Origin: Parcubacteria group bacterium GW2011_GWC1_45_13
Lineage (GTDB): Bacteria; Patescibacteriota; Minisyncoccia; UBA11713; 2-01-FULL-45-33
NCBI GenBank assembly: GCA_001001285.1
Contig: LCKG01000001.1
Location: 1-37,222, forward strand
Reading direction: 5' to 3'
Length of the DNA stretch: 37,222 nt
Position 1 is the first letter of the stretch, and every line of letters starts with the position of its first letter. A program made the translations under genes and the position numbers. This document shows positions 17,015 through 26,116 of the stretch, piece by piece. A model generated the notes under the pieces. That model did no database searches. It was not told where the DNA came from and saw only the letters and a list, made by a program, of their open reading frames with translations.

Positions 17015-18033
17015 ATTTCTCCCCCGCCCGATTCAAGTTTATAAAGAGTTTTTAAATTTCGCAGGTCTTCCTCAAAAGTATAAGGATATGGCGCGCGGCC
17101 GTAAATCGCTTCTAAAAACGCTTTGATTTCGTCGTTGTACATCTCTTCTGCGTTAATATAGCCGGTATGAGGGTTTCCTTTCGGCACATCTATTGTTTCA
17201 GTAATTTTGCTTTTCGCGTCGTATATTTTAATAATATGGTCCAGCCATTCCCATTCTAAAACCCCTTCGCTGCCTAAAATTCTGGTTGTGCGAAAAGGCT
17301 TGCGGGAAATAACATCAATCATAATGTTGCCGACAACTTTATTCGCGTATTGCAGATTAGCCGCAATTAAATCGTCCGCCTCCATATCCAAATCCGAAAT
17401 CTTGCCGATATAACCAGAAATTTTCCCAACTTGTGAGCCGGTGAGCCAATTTAACCAAATCAATTCATAGGGCAGCATTTCGCGGCAAGCACCGGTCTCT
17501 TTTTTTGAAAAATAAACGTTGCGGTAGTCCTCCCAGGGATGCCAATCCGGAAGATATTGCCCCATATGGTGCTGGAACGACAAAATCCTGCCGATTTTGC
17601 CCGAATCAATTACCTCTTTCATCATCTTAATCGGCAAGAAAAATCTGTAAGTGCATGAGGGAGCCATCACAATATTTAAATTTTCCCCGCCAGAGGCGGG
17701 TCTGCCTTCGGCGGAAAAAACATTTTCATATCCATCGTCCGAAGTAGTCACTTCAACAAAAAAATGTTTTTTCTTGCCAATCGCCCAGCGGATAAAATCC
17801 CCATGCTTATTCGGAGGCGTGGAAATAATCACCGAGTCAAAAGCTTCATCAGAAATTTTATTTAAACCATCAATAGTTTTTATGCCGTATTCTTCCTCCG
17901 CTTCTTTCCGCCTTTCCGGCGACAAATCAAAACCAATGATATTTTTTTCGCCATTGGCAAATAAATTGCGGATTCTTCGCTTGCCCATGGAGCCTAGCCC
18001 TATCTGCAAAAATGCCGGTTTATTTTCTGGCAT
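17011..18033 (-). CDS. Gfo/Idh/MocA oxidoreductase
   Basis: 340 aa. IGLGSMGKRR, IISTPPNKH and GQYLPDWHPWEDYR motifs. Confidence 0.88.
   Translation of the reverse strand: MPENKPAFLQIGLGSMGKRRIRNLFANGEKNIIGFDLSPERRKEAEEEYGIKTIDGLNKISDEAFDSVIISTPPNKHGDFIRWAIGKKKHFFVEVTTSDDGYENVFSAEGRPASGGENLNIVMAPSCTYRFFLPIKMMKEVIDSGKIGRILSFQHHMGQYLPDWHPWEDYRNVYFSKKETGACREMLPYELIWLNWLTGSQVGKISGYIGKISDLDMEADDLIAANLQYANKVVGNIMIDVISRKPFRTTRILGSEGVLEWEWLDHIIKIYDAKSKITETIDVPKGNPHTGYINAEEMYNDEIKAFLEAIYGRAPYPYTFEEDLRNLKTLYKLESGGGEI
17686..17715. repeat. 30-nt in-frame tandem pair of 15-nt hairpins
   Basis: cccgcc-aga-ggcggg followed by tctgcc-ttc-ggcgga. Encodes SAEGRPASGG and is flanked by T and A runs. Confidence 0.8.
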
Positions 18034-18034
18034 G

Positions 18035-19222
18035 TTAATTTATCTGATGCTTTAGTTTCCATTCGCCGTTCGCGCCAGCGCGCTCCCACAAATGAGGTTG
18101 CCGGTAGGAATCTATAATTCCCCAAAAACGCTTTTCATCAATGTCCAGATATTCCAAAAATTCCTTGAAATATTTTTTGGGAAATTCTCCGTCGTATCTT
18201 TTTACTAAAGCCGCCCCTTCTTCCCTTGTAATATGGCCGTCGCGGATTTCATGCGCCGCGTCAGACGTGGCGCGCCCGATGCCGAATTTTATAAAAGCCA
18301 GATAAAAATGGAATCCGTCAGTTTTATCGTCCAAACTGGCGTATTTTGAATAAGTGCCTTCGGATCTCCCGCTTTCGTTTACCGCAAAGCTGGTGTGTTT
18401 CTGCGCGTAATAAAAATTTTCCTGCGGCACCCATTTTTTATAGTAAGAAAGCCAATGCATTCTAGCGCCTAGCTTTTTAATTTCCGGCAAAGGCGGCTGG
18501 CGGTATAAATCAAACGTTTTGTCTTTAATTTCATTTTCGTCAAACACGCCCATCTTCAGCCCGGCCCGCAGTAATTTATCAATCCCCGCTCCTTTAAAAT
18601 GCACTTCTTCCCAATTTTCTATCGTTTCGTAGGACTTGTCGGCGTCCTTGGTTGACCCGCCATATTCGGCTTCTCCGTTTTCACCGTAAAAAATTAAAGG
18701 AATCCCGAATTTTATCGCCATATTGAAAGCGTAAGCTTTTTGCCCGAAAGCAAACGGTTCCCAGGCATCACCCTTAAGTTCAAAAGCAATTCTGGCAAGT
18801 TTTCTATGTAAAATTCCGTTGGGAAAACAATTGATTGTGGTAAATCCAGATTTTACAAAATTCTGGAAATTTTTCCAGCCGATATCGGTATAAATAAACG
18901 GCGCCCAAGTCACGACCAAGGGATGCATTCCGTATTTTGTTTTTAAAATATGCGCGGTGTATCCGCTGTCCTTGCCGCCCGAACCGGGAACAACCACGTC
19001 AAAACTGCCGTCTTTTGAGCGGTATTTGTCGCATAAAGCAACCAATTCCCTTCCGCGCTTTTCCCAGTTAATTTCATGATGTTTCTTCCAAGCGTACTGG
19101 CAAGCGCTGCAAACGCCGTCCGCGCCGAAAGTTATGCGCGGCCGCTGATTGGATACAACACAACGCGCGCAAAATTTTACTTCTTTTGGCTGCGATTCCA
19201 ATTGTTTGTCCAATTTTTCCAT
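18035..19222 (-). CDS. N-acetyl sugar amidotransferase (WbpG/WbuX/PseA family), copy 1
   Basis: 395 aa. CxxC...RP...CxxC, PP-loop SGGKDS, EGTYSKYASLDDK, KFGIGRA and EIRDGHITREE motifs. Confidence 0.9.
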   Translation of the reverse strand: MEKLDKQLESQPKEVKFCARCVVSNQRPRITFGADGVCSACQYAWKKHHEINWEKRGRELVALCDKYRSKDGSFDVVVPGSGGKDSGYTAHILKTKYGMHPLVVTWAPFIYTDIGWKNFQNFVKSGFTTINCFPNGILHRKLARIAFELKGDAWEPFAFGQKAYAFNMAIKFGIPLIFYGENGEAEYGGSTKDADKSYETIENWEEVHFKGAGIDKLLRAGLKMGVFDENEIKDKTFDLYRQPPLPEIKKLGARMHWLSYYKKWVPQENFYYAQKHTSFAVNESGRSEGTYSKYASLDDKTDGFHFYLAFIKFGIGRATSDAAHEIRDGHITREEGAALVKRYDGEFPKKYFKEFLEYLDIDEKRFWGIIDSYRQPHLWERAGANGEWKLKHQIN

Positions 19223-19250
19223 AATATCTGAATATTATAGTAATATAACT

Positions 19251-19961
19251 TCAATTTTCTGAACAAAGCAACGCTACCATTTTCGCAACGTTTTCCACGC
19301 TTGATGGATAGCCGGAATCATTTTTTTTAGAGAGAAATTCGGATATCTCTGCCGGCAAATCTTTGTTTAAACCTCCCCGCAAAAAACCCGGCGCCACTTC
19401 GTGGACCCAGATATTATCCGAAGCCAATTCCTTGGCCAGCGCCCGCAAAAGTCCGCTTAGAGCGTATTTAGCAGTAACATAAGCGCCCATTTTCCCGTAA
19501 ACTGAACCTGATTTGGCGGACGAGGAAGTTATTCCGATAATCACGCCTCCGCTCTTTTTCATGTAACTTGCGCAAGCCTTCATAAAATTAAAACCTCCAA
19601 AAACACCCGCCTCAAATTGCCGCCTAAACTGGCTGCCAGAAAGCTCGCGCAAAAAAGAACGGTTAATTTTTGATTCGGCGGCGTGGATGCATGCGTCAAT
19701 TTCTCCGAAATCCTCCGCGATTTTTTTTATGGCATTATTAACTTCCGTCTCGTCCCGAATATCGCAACGGTAAGCTTTATGCCCTTGACCGTTTAAAGAA
19801 GCAATAATTTTTTCAACATCACTTTCAACGGCGCCAAAATAAAGCAGCGCTACTTTAAATCCGTCTGCCGATAATTGCCTCGCGATAGCGCTGCCCACAT
19901 AGCCGGATCCGCCTGAAATCACGGCGGTTTTTTTATAATATTTGGACTTTTGCCGTTCCAT
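19251..19961 (-). CDS. SDR oxidoreductase (FabG-like ketoreductase)
   Basis: 236 aa. SGGSGYVG, CDIRD, YVTAK (YxxxK) and VAPG motifs. The usual C-terminal G-x5-DGG tail is absent. Confidence 0.85.
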   Translation of the reverse strand: MERQKSKYYKKTAVISGGSGYVGSAIARQLSADGFKVALLYFGAVESDVEKIIASLNGQGHKAYRCDIRDETEVNNAIKKIAEDFGEIDACIHAAESKINRSFLRELSGSQFRRQFEAGVFGGFNFMKACASYMKKSGGVIIGITSSSAKSGSVYGKMGAYVTAKYALSGLLRALAKELASDNIWVHEVAPGFLRGGLNKDLPAEISEFLSKKNDSGYPSSVENVAKMVALLCSEN

Positions 19962-20352
19962 AAGCAGCGAGCTTTTTTTTATTTTTAATCTCTATGGCAA
20001 TCTCAATAATTCTCGCGGCATTGCTTTTATGCTTCACTCTGCCAGTAACGGTAACTGTATCCCCAATATATACCGGATTTTTGAAAACCAAATCCTGGCT
20101 TAAGTACAAGCATCTTCGCCCCGGCAGATAAACGCCGACTAACCGCGAGCAAAGCGCACCTAAAAACATCCCGTGCGCGATGCGTTTTTTGAATTTTGTG
20201 GACGCCGCGTACTTCGCATCCAGATGAAGAGGGTTTATGTCGCCGCTTATTCTGGCAAATTCAATAATATCCTCGTTAGTGACAGTGCGTTTAAACGAAG
20301 ATTTGTCGCCGATAGACATTTGATCAATGGATTTATCAGCAATATTTTTCAT
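19933..20352 (-). CDS. MaoC/PhaJ-like hot-dog dehydratase
   Basis: 139 aa. FARISGDINPLHLD...RIAHGM and FKNPVYIGDTV motifs. Confidence 0.92.
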   Translation of the reverse strand: MKNIADKSIDQMSIGDKSSFKRTVTNEDIIEFARISGDINPLHLDAKYAASTKFKKRIAHGMFLGALCSRLVGVYLPGRRCLYLSQDLVFKNPVYIGDTVTVTGRVKHKSNAARIIEIAIEIKNKKKLAAYGTAKVQIL

Positions 20353-20579
20353 AGTGCAACGCCTTTTGATTTTATAATATTTTTAACTTCTCCCAAGCTT
20401 TTGGCGTTCAAAACTTCATCCATAGTAAAAGAAATATCAAATTCTTTTTCCAGCTCCGAGATAAAAAACAGATAATTCATTGAATCCCAATCCGGAACAT
20501 CTTTTGGCGTTATATCATCCCTAACCTGCCCGGCGGGAATTTTTAATAATTCTTGAGCGATTTGATTAAATGTTTTCAT
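20349..20579 (-). CDS. Acyl carrier protein
   Basis: 76 aa with DWDSM phosphopantetheine site and ELEKEFDI. Confidence 0.9.
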   Translation of the reverse strand: MKTFNQIAQELLKIPAGQVRDDITPKDVPDWDSMNYLFFISELEKEFDISFTMDEVLNAKSLGEVKNIIKSKGVAL

Positions 20580-21484
20580 GTAAATTTAGTTAATATTGCC
20601 GCATAATTAAGCGCTATTTTACTATCTTCTAATTTACCCTTATCTTTGTCAAAAATATTTTGTATATATTCTTTTTCAATTTTAAGGCCGCTTAGAGATA
20701 TGTGATCCCTAATCTCGCTTACGTTTTTATAAAGATAGATGTGGTCAATGAATGCCGCCCACGCTACCGTAGTAAGAAATATCTTGCCGGTATCAGACAG
20801 CAGCGCCCTTAGTTTGCGCAATACCACGACAGGATCTTCAACATGCTCCAAAAACTCTGCGCATATAATGCGCTCAAAGATATCCGCGCTCTCGAATTTG
20901 TGAAAATCTTCATTAAAAAGCTTTACCCTGCCTGCAAGCCGGTTTATCCTGAAAATATTTTCCGCGAAATCCGTTGAGGCTGCGCTTAAATCAACCCCCG
21001 CCCCGCTCCAATTTTTATTTGTCAATAAAAATTGTGTAAGAAACATCCCCGAACCCACCGGCGCATCCAAGCATCTGCCTGTCCGGCCGCTTTTACGGAC
21101 AAACTCTTTAAGAAAAAAGTTAAACGCGCGATGATGCGCCGCCCAGAAAATCTGCGAAAAATAAAGCCCCCATAAATATCCCTGCTCCAAGCCTTCAATT
21201 TCCCGGAACGTTGAATATAAATATGCCCCATTTTTTTCAAGCGACGCCTGTAATTTCAGAAATTCAATATTTATTTTGAGCAGATTATCCAGTTTTTTTG
21301 CGTAAGTATTCCAGTCAGAGTTACAAACTTTTAACGCATCCTGACACAACTTTTCCGCCAGGGAATAGTTAAATGGTATTTGTTCGCAAAGGCTAAAAAT
21401 GTCCCTATAAAAAAATGTGTTTCGTAGATAACAGCATGTTTTATAAAAAAGTGGGTATTTTTTTTCTAAAGAATTTTCCAGCAT
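20576..21484 (-). CDS. Class I SAM-dependent methyltransferase
   Basis: 302 aa. LDAPVGSG, GVDLS and EFLEHVEDP motifs. Confidence 0.85.
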   Translation of the reverse strand: MLENSLEKKYPLFYKTCCYLRNTFFYRDIFSLCEQIPFNYSLAEKLCQDALKVCNSDWNTYAKKLDNLLKINIEFLKLQASLEKNGAYLYSTFREIEGLEQGYLWGLYFSQIFWAAHHRAFNFFLKEFVRKSGRTGRCLDAPVGSGMFLTQFLLTNKNWSGAGVDLSAASTDFAENIFRINRLAGRVKLFNEDFHKFESADIFERIICAEFLEHVEDPVVVLRKLRALLSDTGKIFLTTVAWAAFIDHIYLYKNVSEIRDHISLSGLKIEKEYIQNIFDKDKGKLEDSKIALNYAAILTKFT

Positions 21485-21493
21485 GGTTTATTT

Positions 21494-22537
21494 TTACAAT
21501 AATCTGATGTTTATCCACGAAGGCGGATTTGTAAAGCCATCGATTGACGCCATTTTATCATTAAAATATTTTTTTACAAATTCTTCGGCAGGATGGTTTT
21601 GGCCGCTTTTTTTAAACCCTATTGTGATTTTCTTCGCGCCGGTTCGCTGCGCTTTCTGTGAAATAGCGTGCAAAAAAGCGGTTTCCACGCCGCGTCCGAT
21701 AATCCGGCAGCTCATAAGCAATGATTTTATGTGCCAGTTTTCCCCGGCGGTATTCGCCAAAGCGAAAATTACAATTCCGTAATCGCCGAATTTATCCGCG
21801 GCTTTCGCGTGGAATATTTTGTGATTCGGGCTTAAAATATAACCAATAATTTCTTCTTCGGTAAACGGCTGTTTGTCTATATTAAACTGGTTCGTTTTTT
21901 TCGTCATTTGAGAAAGGCGCGAAGCGGCGGAACGGTCGTTTTCACTCACGTAAATTTCCATGCCTAAATCCTTTAAAAAGCTTTCCTTGGTTTTGTGGCT
22001 TTTTTCAGCCTCTTTGCGAAGGCGTTCGGTAACGTAATAATTGCCGCGCATTTTGTCTTCATCGGTAACGGCTGTTGTTTTAAAGTAAGGCAGAGATATT
22101 AAAAATTTTGTGTAATCAGACGGGTTGGCGGGCATTTCCGGAACCTCCACTTCAGGCAAAAACTCGCGGACCATGGCGCGATTTGCGGGGTCATCATCAA
22201 GAAATACAATTGAATCAAGGCCGATATTAATTTCTGAAGCAATCTCTTTTAAATTATCCGCTTTATCGGCCCAGTTTATTCTGAAAGCTGCGAAGTGCAG
22301 CTCTTTGAGAATCATATTCGGGTGGGTTCTGATAGCCCGCATAGCTTCGTCGTAATTGTTCCTGCTGTTTACGGCTAAAATCACGCCATTGCTCTGCAAA
22401 TCCAAAAGGGCTTGCTGGAAAGCAATAAAGCTCGCTCCGGGATTGGAAAGAGAAAGTTTGATTCCGTCTAAGCCGTCTTCGCCTATAATTCCTCCCCACA
22501 GGGTGTTGTCCAAGTCTAATACTATACATTTTTTCAT
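21494..22537 (-). CDS. fkbH: FkbH-like HAD-IIIC phosphatase/glyceryl-ACP transferase with C-terminal GNAT-like domain
   Basis: 347 aa. VLDLDNTLWGG, INWADKADN, FLDDDPANR, KTNQFN, DKFGDYG and MSCRIIGRGVE motifs. Confidence 0.92.
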   Translation of the reverse strand: MKKCIVLDLDNTLWGGIIGEDGLDGIKLSLSNPGASFIAFQQALLDLQSNGVILAVNSRNNYDEAMRAIRTHPNMILKELHFAAFRINWADKADNLKEIASEINIGLDSIVFLDDDPANRAMVREFLPEVEVPEMPANPSDYTKFLISLPYFKTTAVTDEDKMRGNYYVTERLRKEAEKSHKTKESFLKDLGMEIYVSENDRSAASRLSQMTKKTNQFNIDKQPFTEEEIIGYILSPNHKIFHAKAADKFGDYGIVIFALANTAGENWHIKSLLMSCRIIGRGVETAFLHAISQKAQRTGAKKITIGFKKSGQNHPAEEFVKKYFNDKMASIDGFTNPPSWINIRLL

Positions 22538-22541
22538 CTGA

Positions 22542-22886
22542 TTATTTTTTTATAGCGATTGCCAAGGCCGTATTATTTGTGTGCGTTATCGAAATCAACA
22601 TTGATTTTATTTTTTTATTTTTTTCCCAAACTTCGGGAGCACCTTGCTTATCACGCCTAATTTCAAGCGTTAAGAAAAAAGTTTCTGTCGCGCCTAAAGC
22701 TTTGCTTGCTGACTCCTTGGCAACAAATGTCCCTGCCAAGTGAGGCGCTGGGTCGTGATAACTGAAACAGTGCTTTATTTCGCGCGTTGTAAAAACCTTT
22801 TTGATAAACGGATGCTGTTTATTTTTTCTGAATTTTTTAAACCGCGCGATATCAATTATGTCTACACCAACTCCACTTATTGCCAT
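22542..22886 (-). CDS. acpS: Holo-ACP synthase (4'-phosphopantetheinyl transferase)
   Basis: 114 aa. GVGVDII, VFTTREI, FVAKESASKALG, GAP and ISITH motifs. Confidence 0.9.
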   Translation of the reverse strand: MAISGVGVDIIDIARFKKFRKNKQHPFIKKVFTTREIKHCFSYHDPAPHLAGTFVAKESASKALGATETFFLTLEIRRDKQGAPEVWEKNKKIKSMLISITHTNNTALAIAIKK

Positions 22887-22925
22887 AATATATTTTTTAT
22901 AGCATTTATATTATACTATCTCAAT
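22887..22925. promoter_or_regulatory. Back-to-back -10 elements for probable leaderless or short-leader transcripts of acpS and MBOAT
   Basis: 39-bp AT-rich spacer. Plus strand TATACT (22912-22917) is 8 nt before ATG 22926. Minus strand TGcTATAAA (22904-22896) is 9 nt before ATG 22886. No Shine-Dalgarno on either side. Confidence 0.55.
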
Positions 22926-24344
22926 ATGCTGTTCAATTCGCTTGAATATCTGGTTTTTTTTCCGACAGTCGTCGCAGTTTATTTTATCTCACCGCATCGC
23001 TTCCGTTGGATGCTGTTGCTTGCCGCGAGCGCCCTATTTTATATGGCTTTTGTTCCGGCCTATATTTTGATTTTGGGCGTGTTGATTATCGCTGATTATT
23101 GCGCGGGCATTTTAATTGAGTCGGCGGCCGGGCGAAAAAGAAAATTCTATTTGTTTATTATCATCCTGCTCAACGTCGGATTTCTGGCATTTTTTAAATA
23201 TTACGGATTCGCAAAAGAAAATCTGGAAGCGCTGGCAAATTTTTTGCGTTGGAATTATTCTTTGCCAATCCTTTCCATTCTTTTGCCCATCGGCCTTTCC
23301 TTTCATATTTTTCAGGCCATGAGCTACATAATAGAAGTTTATCGCGGAAAACAACCGGCAGAAAAACATTTGGGCATTTACGCTCTTTATATAATGTTTT
23401 TTCCGCGGTTAGTCGCCGGTCCAATTGAGAGGCCGCAGCATCTCATACACCAATTTCGTGAAAAGCATTTTTTTGATTACGAAAAAGCAAAAAATGGGCT
23501 TATTCTGATAATGTGGGGCATGTTCAAAAAAGTAGTCATTGCCGACCGCGCGGCGGTTTTGGTAAACACGGTTTATAACGACCCTTTTCATTTTTCAGGA
23601 GTTCCGCTTATCGTAGCCACCGTATTTTTCGCTTTCCAGCTCTATGGCGATTTTTCCGGCTACTCGGATATCGCTGTCGGGTCCGCACGGGTGCTCGGGT
23701 ACGATATAATCAACAACTTCAACAGGCCGTACGCCTCAAGGTCTATAGCCGAATTCTGGCAAAGATGGCATATATCCCTGTCCAGCTGGCTAAGAGATTA
23801 TTTGTATTACCCGCTCTTATTTAGAAAACCAAAAATAACTCCGGCGCGCGTTTACGCCGCGCTGATGGCCACGTTTGTTATTATCGGCCTTTGGCACGGC
23901 GCTAATTGGACATTTGTAATTTTCGGAACCATTTATGGTTTTTATCTGGTTTTCGGCCTTTGGACAAAAACAATCCGCCTAAATCTTATAAATTGGCTTA
24001 AACTAAACCAATTTCCAACGTTGCTGAAATCAGCGCAAATTTTTACAACATTTTCTCTGATTTCTTTCGCGTGGATTTTTTTCAGGGCCGAAAATCTTCA
24101 TGAAGCTACATATATCGTCAGGCATCTGTTCACGGGGCAACTTTTTGTAAATCTGCCATTAATCGCGCTGGGGGGAATAGTATTAATGGAAATAGTCCAA
24201 TACATCCAGGGCGAGCGGGATATTTCTGAAATTTTAAAAAACCAATCTGCTTTATTGAGATGGAGCGCATATCTTTTTATTTTTTGGCTAATCATATTTT
24301 TCGGAGATTTTGGATTAAAGCCGTTTATTTATTTGGTTTTTTAA
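22926..24344 (+). CDS. MBOAT family O-acyltransferase (AlgI/PatA/DltB-like)
   Basis: Typical MLFNS start at 22926 (472 aa). LPIGLSF, FFPRLVAGPIER, YGDFSGYSDIA, NFNRPY, FWQRWHISLSSWLRDYLYYPL and GLWHGANWTF motifs. Confidence 0.93.
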   Translation: MLFNSLEYLVFFPTVVAVYFISPHRFRWMLLLAASALFYMAFVPAYILILGVLIIADYCAGILIESAAGRKRKFYLFIIILLNVGFLAFFKYYGFAKENLEALANFLRWNYSLPILSILLPIGLSFHIFQAMSYIIEVYRGKQPAEKHLGIYALYIMFFPRLVAGPIERPQHLIHQFREKHFFDYEKAKNGLILIMWGMFKKVVIADRAAVLVNTVYNDPFHFSGVPLIVATVFFAFQLYGDFSGYSDIAVGSARVLGYDIINNFNRPYASRSIAEFWQRWHISLSSWLRDYLYYPLLFRKPKITPARVYAALMATFVIIGLWHGANWTFVIFGTIYGFYLVFGLWTKTIRLNLINWLKLNQFPTLLKSAQIFTTFSLISFAWIFFRAENLHEATYIVRHLFTGQLFVNLPLIALGGIVLMEIVQYIQGERDISEILKNQSALLRWSAYLFIFWLIIFFGDFGLKPFIYLVF

Positions 24345-24345
24345 A

Positions 24346-25242
24346 ATGAAAAAATTTTTAATTAATCTGTTAATTTTTGCGGCAATAAATTTATTTTTGG
24401 CTGTTGCTTATTTGGTAATTACGCAAAACCTGTATTCTTATCACAACTGGGAAACGAAATCGGTACTGCTCGCTGTTCCAAAAAACAAAAACTACGACCT
24501 TGTAATTTTGGGCGCCTCAAACGGCAGGAGCCTTTCGGACGCCAAAAATCATCTGTTGGTTGAGAAGATTTTGGGCAAAAAAATTTTTAACCTATCCAAG
24601 GCAGCTGCGGGGCCAATTCCGGAAAAAGCCTATCTTAGATACTTTTATGAAAACGGAAACAGCGCTAAAAAGATCGTGTATTTTTTAAATCCTTACGCTT
24701 TTTATTCCGACGCTTGGAACGAAAAACTTGCCTTTTTAAATGCCGAACCGCTGTATTTGAAATTTTTTGAAATCGCGGTAAAAAACGGCTCAAGCAAAGA
24801 AGTTCTATTAAGTTACGTTCGCTCTAAATTTACGCTATCTTGGCTTGCCGGCATAAAACCACTGCCAGAAAACAGCGGCCCGGACGATGAGTTGACAAAA
24901 ATAGACAGCGAGCAGGTCCAAAACCAATTGAAGTTTCTTTATCCGAACGGATTAGACAAAGCCGCTTTTAGCCGTTATACCGACACCCTCAAAAAAATAG
25001 TCGAGCTCGCGCATAAAAATAATAGCGAATTAATTTTTGCTTTCCCTCCGACATTAGTAAATGAACAGCCAGGCAAGGAGGAAGTTAAAAATTTTGTGCT
25101 TGCGCTCGGAAAAGAAAACGCTGGTGTTCGTTTTTTTGATTGGTCTCAAACTATTGGAGATATCCGCCTGTATATGGATCTTGACCATCTAAATGCCGCG
25201 GGGGTGGGGGTCTTCGCCAAATTAATTGCCGAGTCTCTTTAA
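24346..25242 (+). CDS. Membrane-anchored SGNH/DltD-like protein, partner of MBOAT
   Basis: 298 aa. N-terminal TM, ILGAS, FNLS and C-terminal DLDHLNAAG (DxxH) motifs. Starts 1 nt after the MBOAT stop. Confidence 0.75.
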   Translation: MKKFLINLLIFAAINLFLAVAYLVITQNLYSYHNWETKSVLLAVPKNKNYDLVILGASNGRSLSDAKNHLLVEKILGKKIFNLSKAAAGPIPEKAYLRYFYENGNSAKKIVYFLNPYAFYSDAWNEKLAFLNAEPLYLKFFEIAVKNGSSKEVLLSYVRSKFTLSWLAGIKPLPENSGPDDELTKIDSEQVQNQLKFLYPNGLDKAAFSRYTDTLKKIVELAHKNNSELIFAFPPTLVNEQPGKEEVKNFVLALGKENAGVRFFDWSQTIGDIRLYMDLDHLNAAGVGVFAKLIAESL

Positions 25243-26115
25243 ATGTTCTATATTTGCGATGTCTCTCATCGCTTCTTCAAAGTTAGAAAAATATTTGCCG
25301 TTTTTTACGCAATTCAAGAAAAATTTAATTTCTCTTTGATACATTTTATTGCGGTCTTCGGTATCCGAAGAATCCCACAATAAACCGCCTTTGGAACCTA
25401 TGATTTCTAACGACCTTCTGCCGGGTATGCGCAGATAATCCTGATGCACCGAAACCACAACGCCGGTTCTTTTGCCGATAAACACGCTTTCCGCGAAATC
25501 TTCGGTATTAATTTTTAAATCGGATATTTTTCTCACCAGCGCGCGCTTGGGAATTAAAACATCGTCCAAAAGCCAGGCCGGGTAATTAATATCATGCACC
25601 AAATCAAGCATTACCCCTCCGCCCATGTTTTTCTTGGCAGAATAAATTTTGCGGTAGTCCCTGCCGGGCCGCCATTCCTTTAAATCTTGCCCCACGGACG
25701 CGCGCATGTAATAAATGCGGCCGAGCTTTCCGTTTTTTATAATATTTTTAATTTTAAGAAATGGCCCAAAAAAATGAAAGCAGTACCCGATAAAAACGCT
25801 TATCCGGCTCTTCCTTAAAAGCCTCTCCAGTAAATTTAGGCCTTTTAAATTATGCGACAGCGGCTTTTCCACAAAAAGCGCCCGCGGCCTTAAAGCAACG
25901 CATTTCTTGATGGTCGCGGCGTGTTTTGCGGTTTCATTGGCAATAATAATGCCGTCATACGGACCGGATTTTTTAAAATCTCGCCAGTTTTCAACCTGAT
26001 GCGGCAAATTCACGTCCTTCCTTTTTGAAAGCACGACGATATTTTTTGTGTGCCGCAATAAATTTTCATAATGCCGCTTGCCAATAGAACCGAATCCTAT
26101 AAGTCCTAATTTCAT
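25222..26115 (-). CDS. Gfo/Idh/MocA oxidoreductase (PtmF-like position next to neuA)
   Basis: 297 aa. IGFGSIGKRH, VEKPL and WRPGRDYR...GGGVMLDLVHDI motifs. Confidence 0.88.
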   Translation of the reverse strand: MKLGLIGFGSIGKRHYENLLRHTKNIVVLSKRKDVNLPHQVENWRDFKKSGPYDGIIIANETAKHAATIKKCVALRPRALFVEKPLSHNLKGLNLLERLLRKSRISVFIGYCFHFFGPFLKIKNIIKNGKLGRIYYMRASVGQDLKEWRPGRDYRKIYSAKKNMGGGVMLDLVHDINYPAWLLDDVLIPKRALVRKISDLKINTEDFAESVFIGKRTGVVVSVHQDYLRIPGRRSLEIIGSKGGLLWDSSDTEDRNKMYQREIKFFLNCVKNGKYFSNFEEAMRDIANIEHLKRLGN

Positions 26116-26116
26116 G

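Noticed and set aside
19909-19927. ccgcc-N9-ggcgg inverted repeat
   Set aside because: It encodes the conserved TAVISGG Rossmann motif, so it is not an insertion.
20927-21090. cctgcctgcaagccgg (about 20927) and ctgcctgtccgg (about 21075), resembling the palindromic elements
   Set aside because: Only one arm matches in each case, and the peptides fit normal methyltransferase positions.
19251-22886. Polyketide or fatty-acid synthase cluster
   Set aside because: There is no ketosynthase or malonyl transferase in the window, and the context is glycan tailoring.
22740-22925. N-terminal extension of MBOAT
   Set aside because: It overlaps acpS on the other strand. The family-typical MLFNS start is at 22926.
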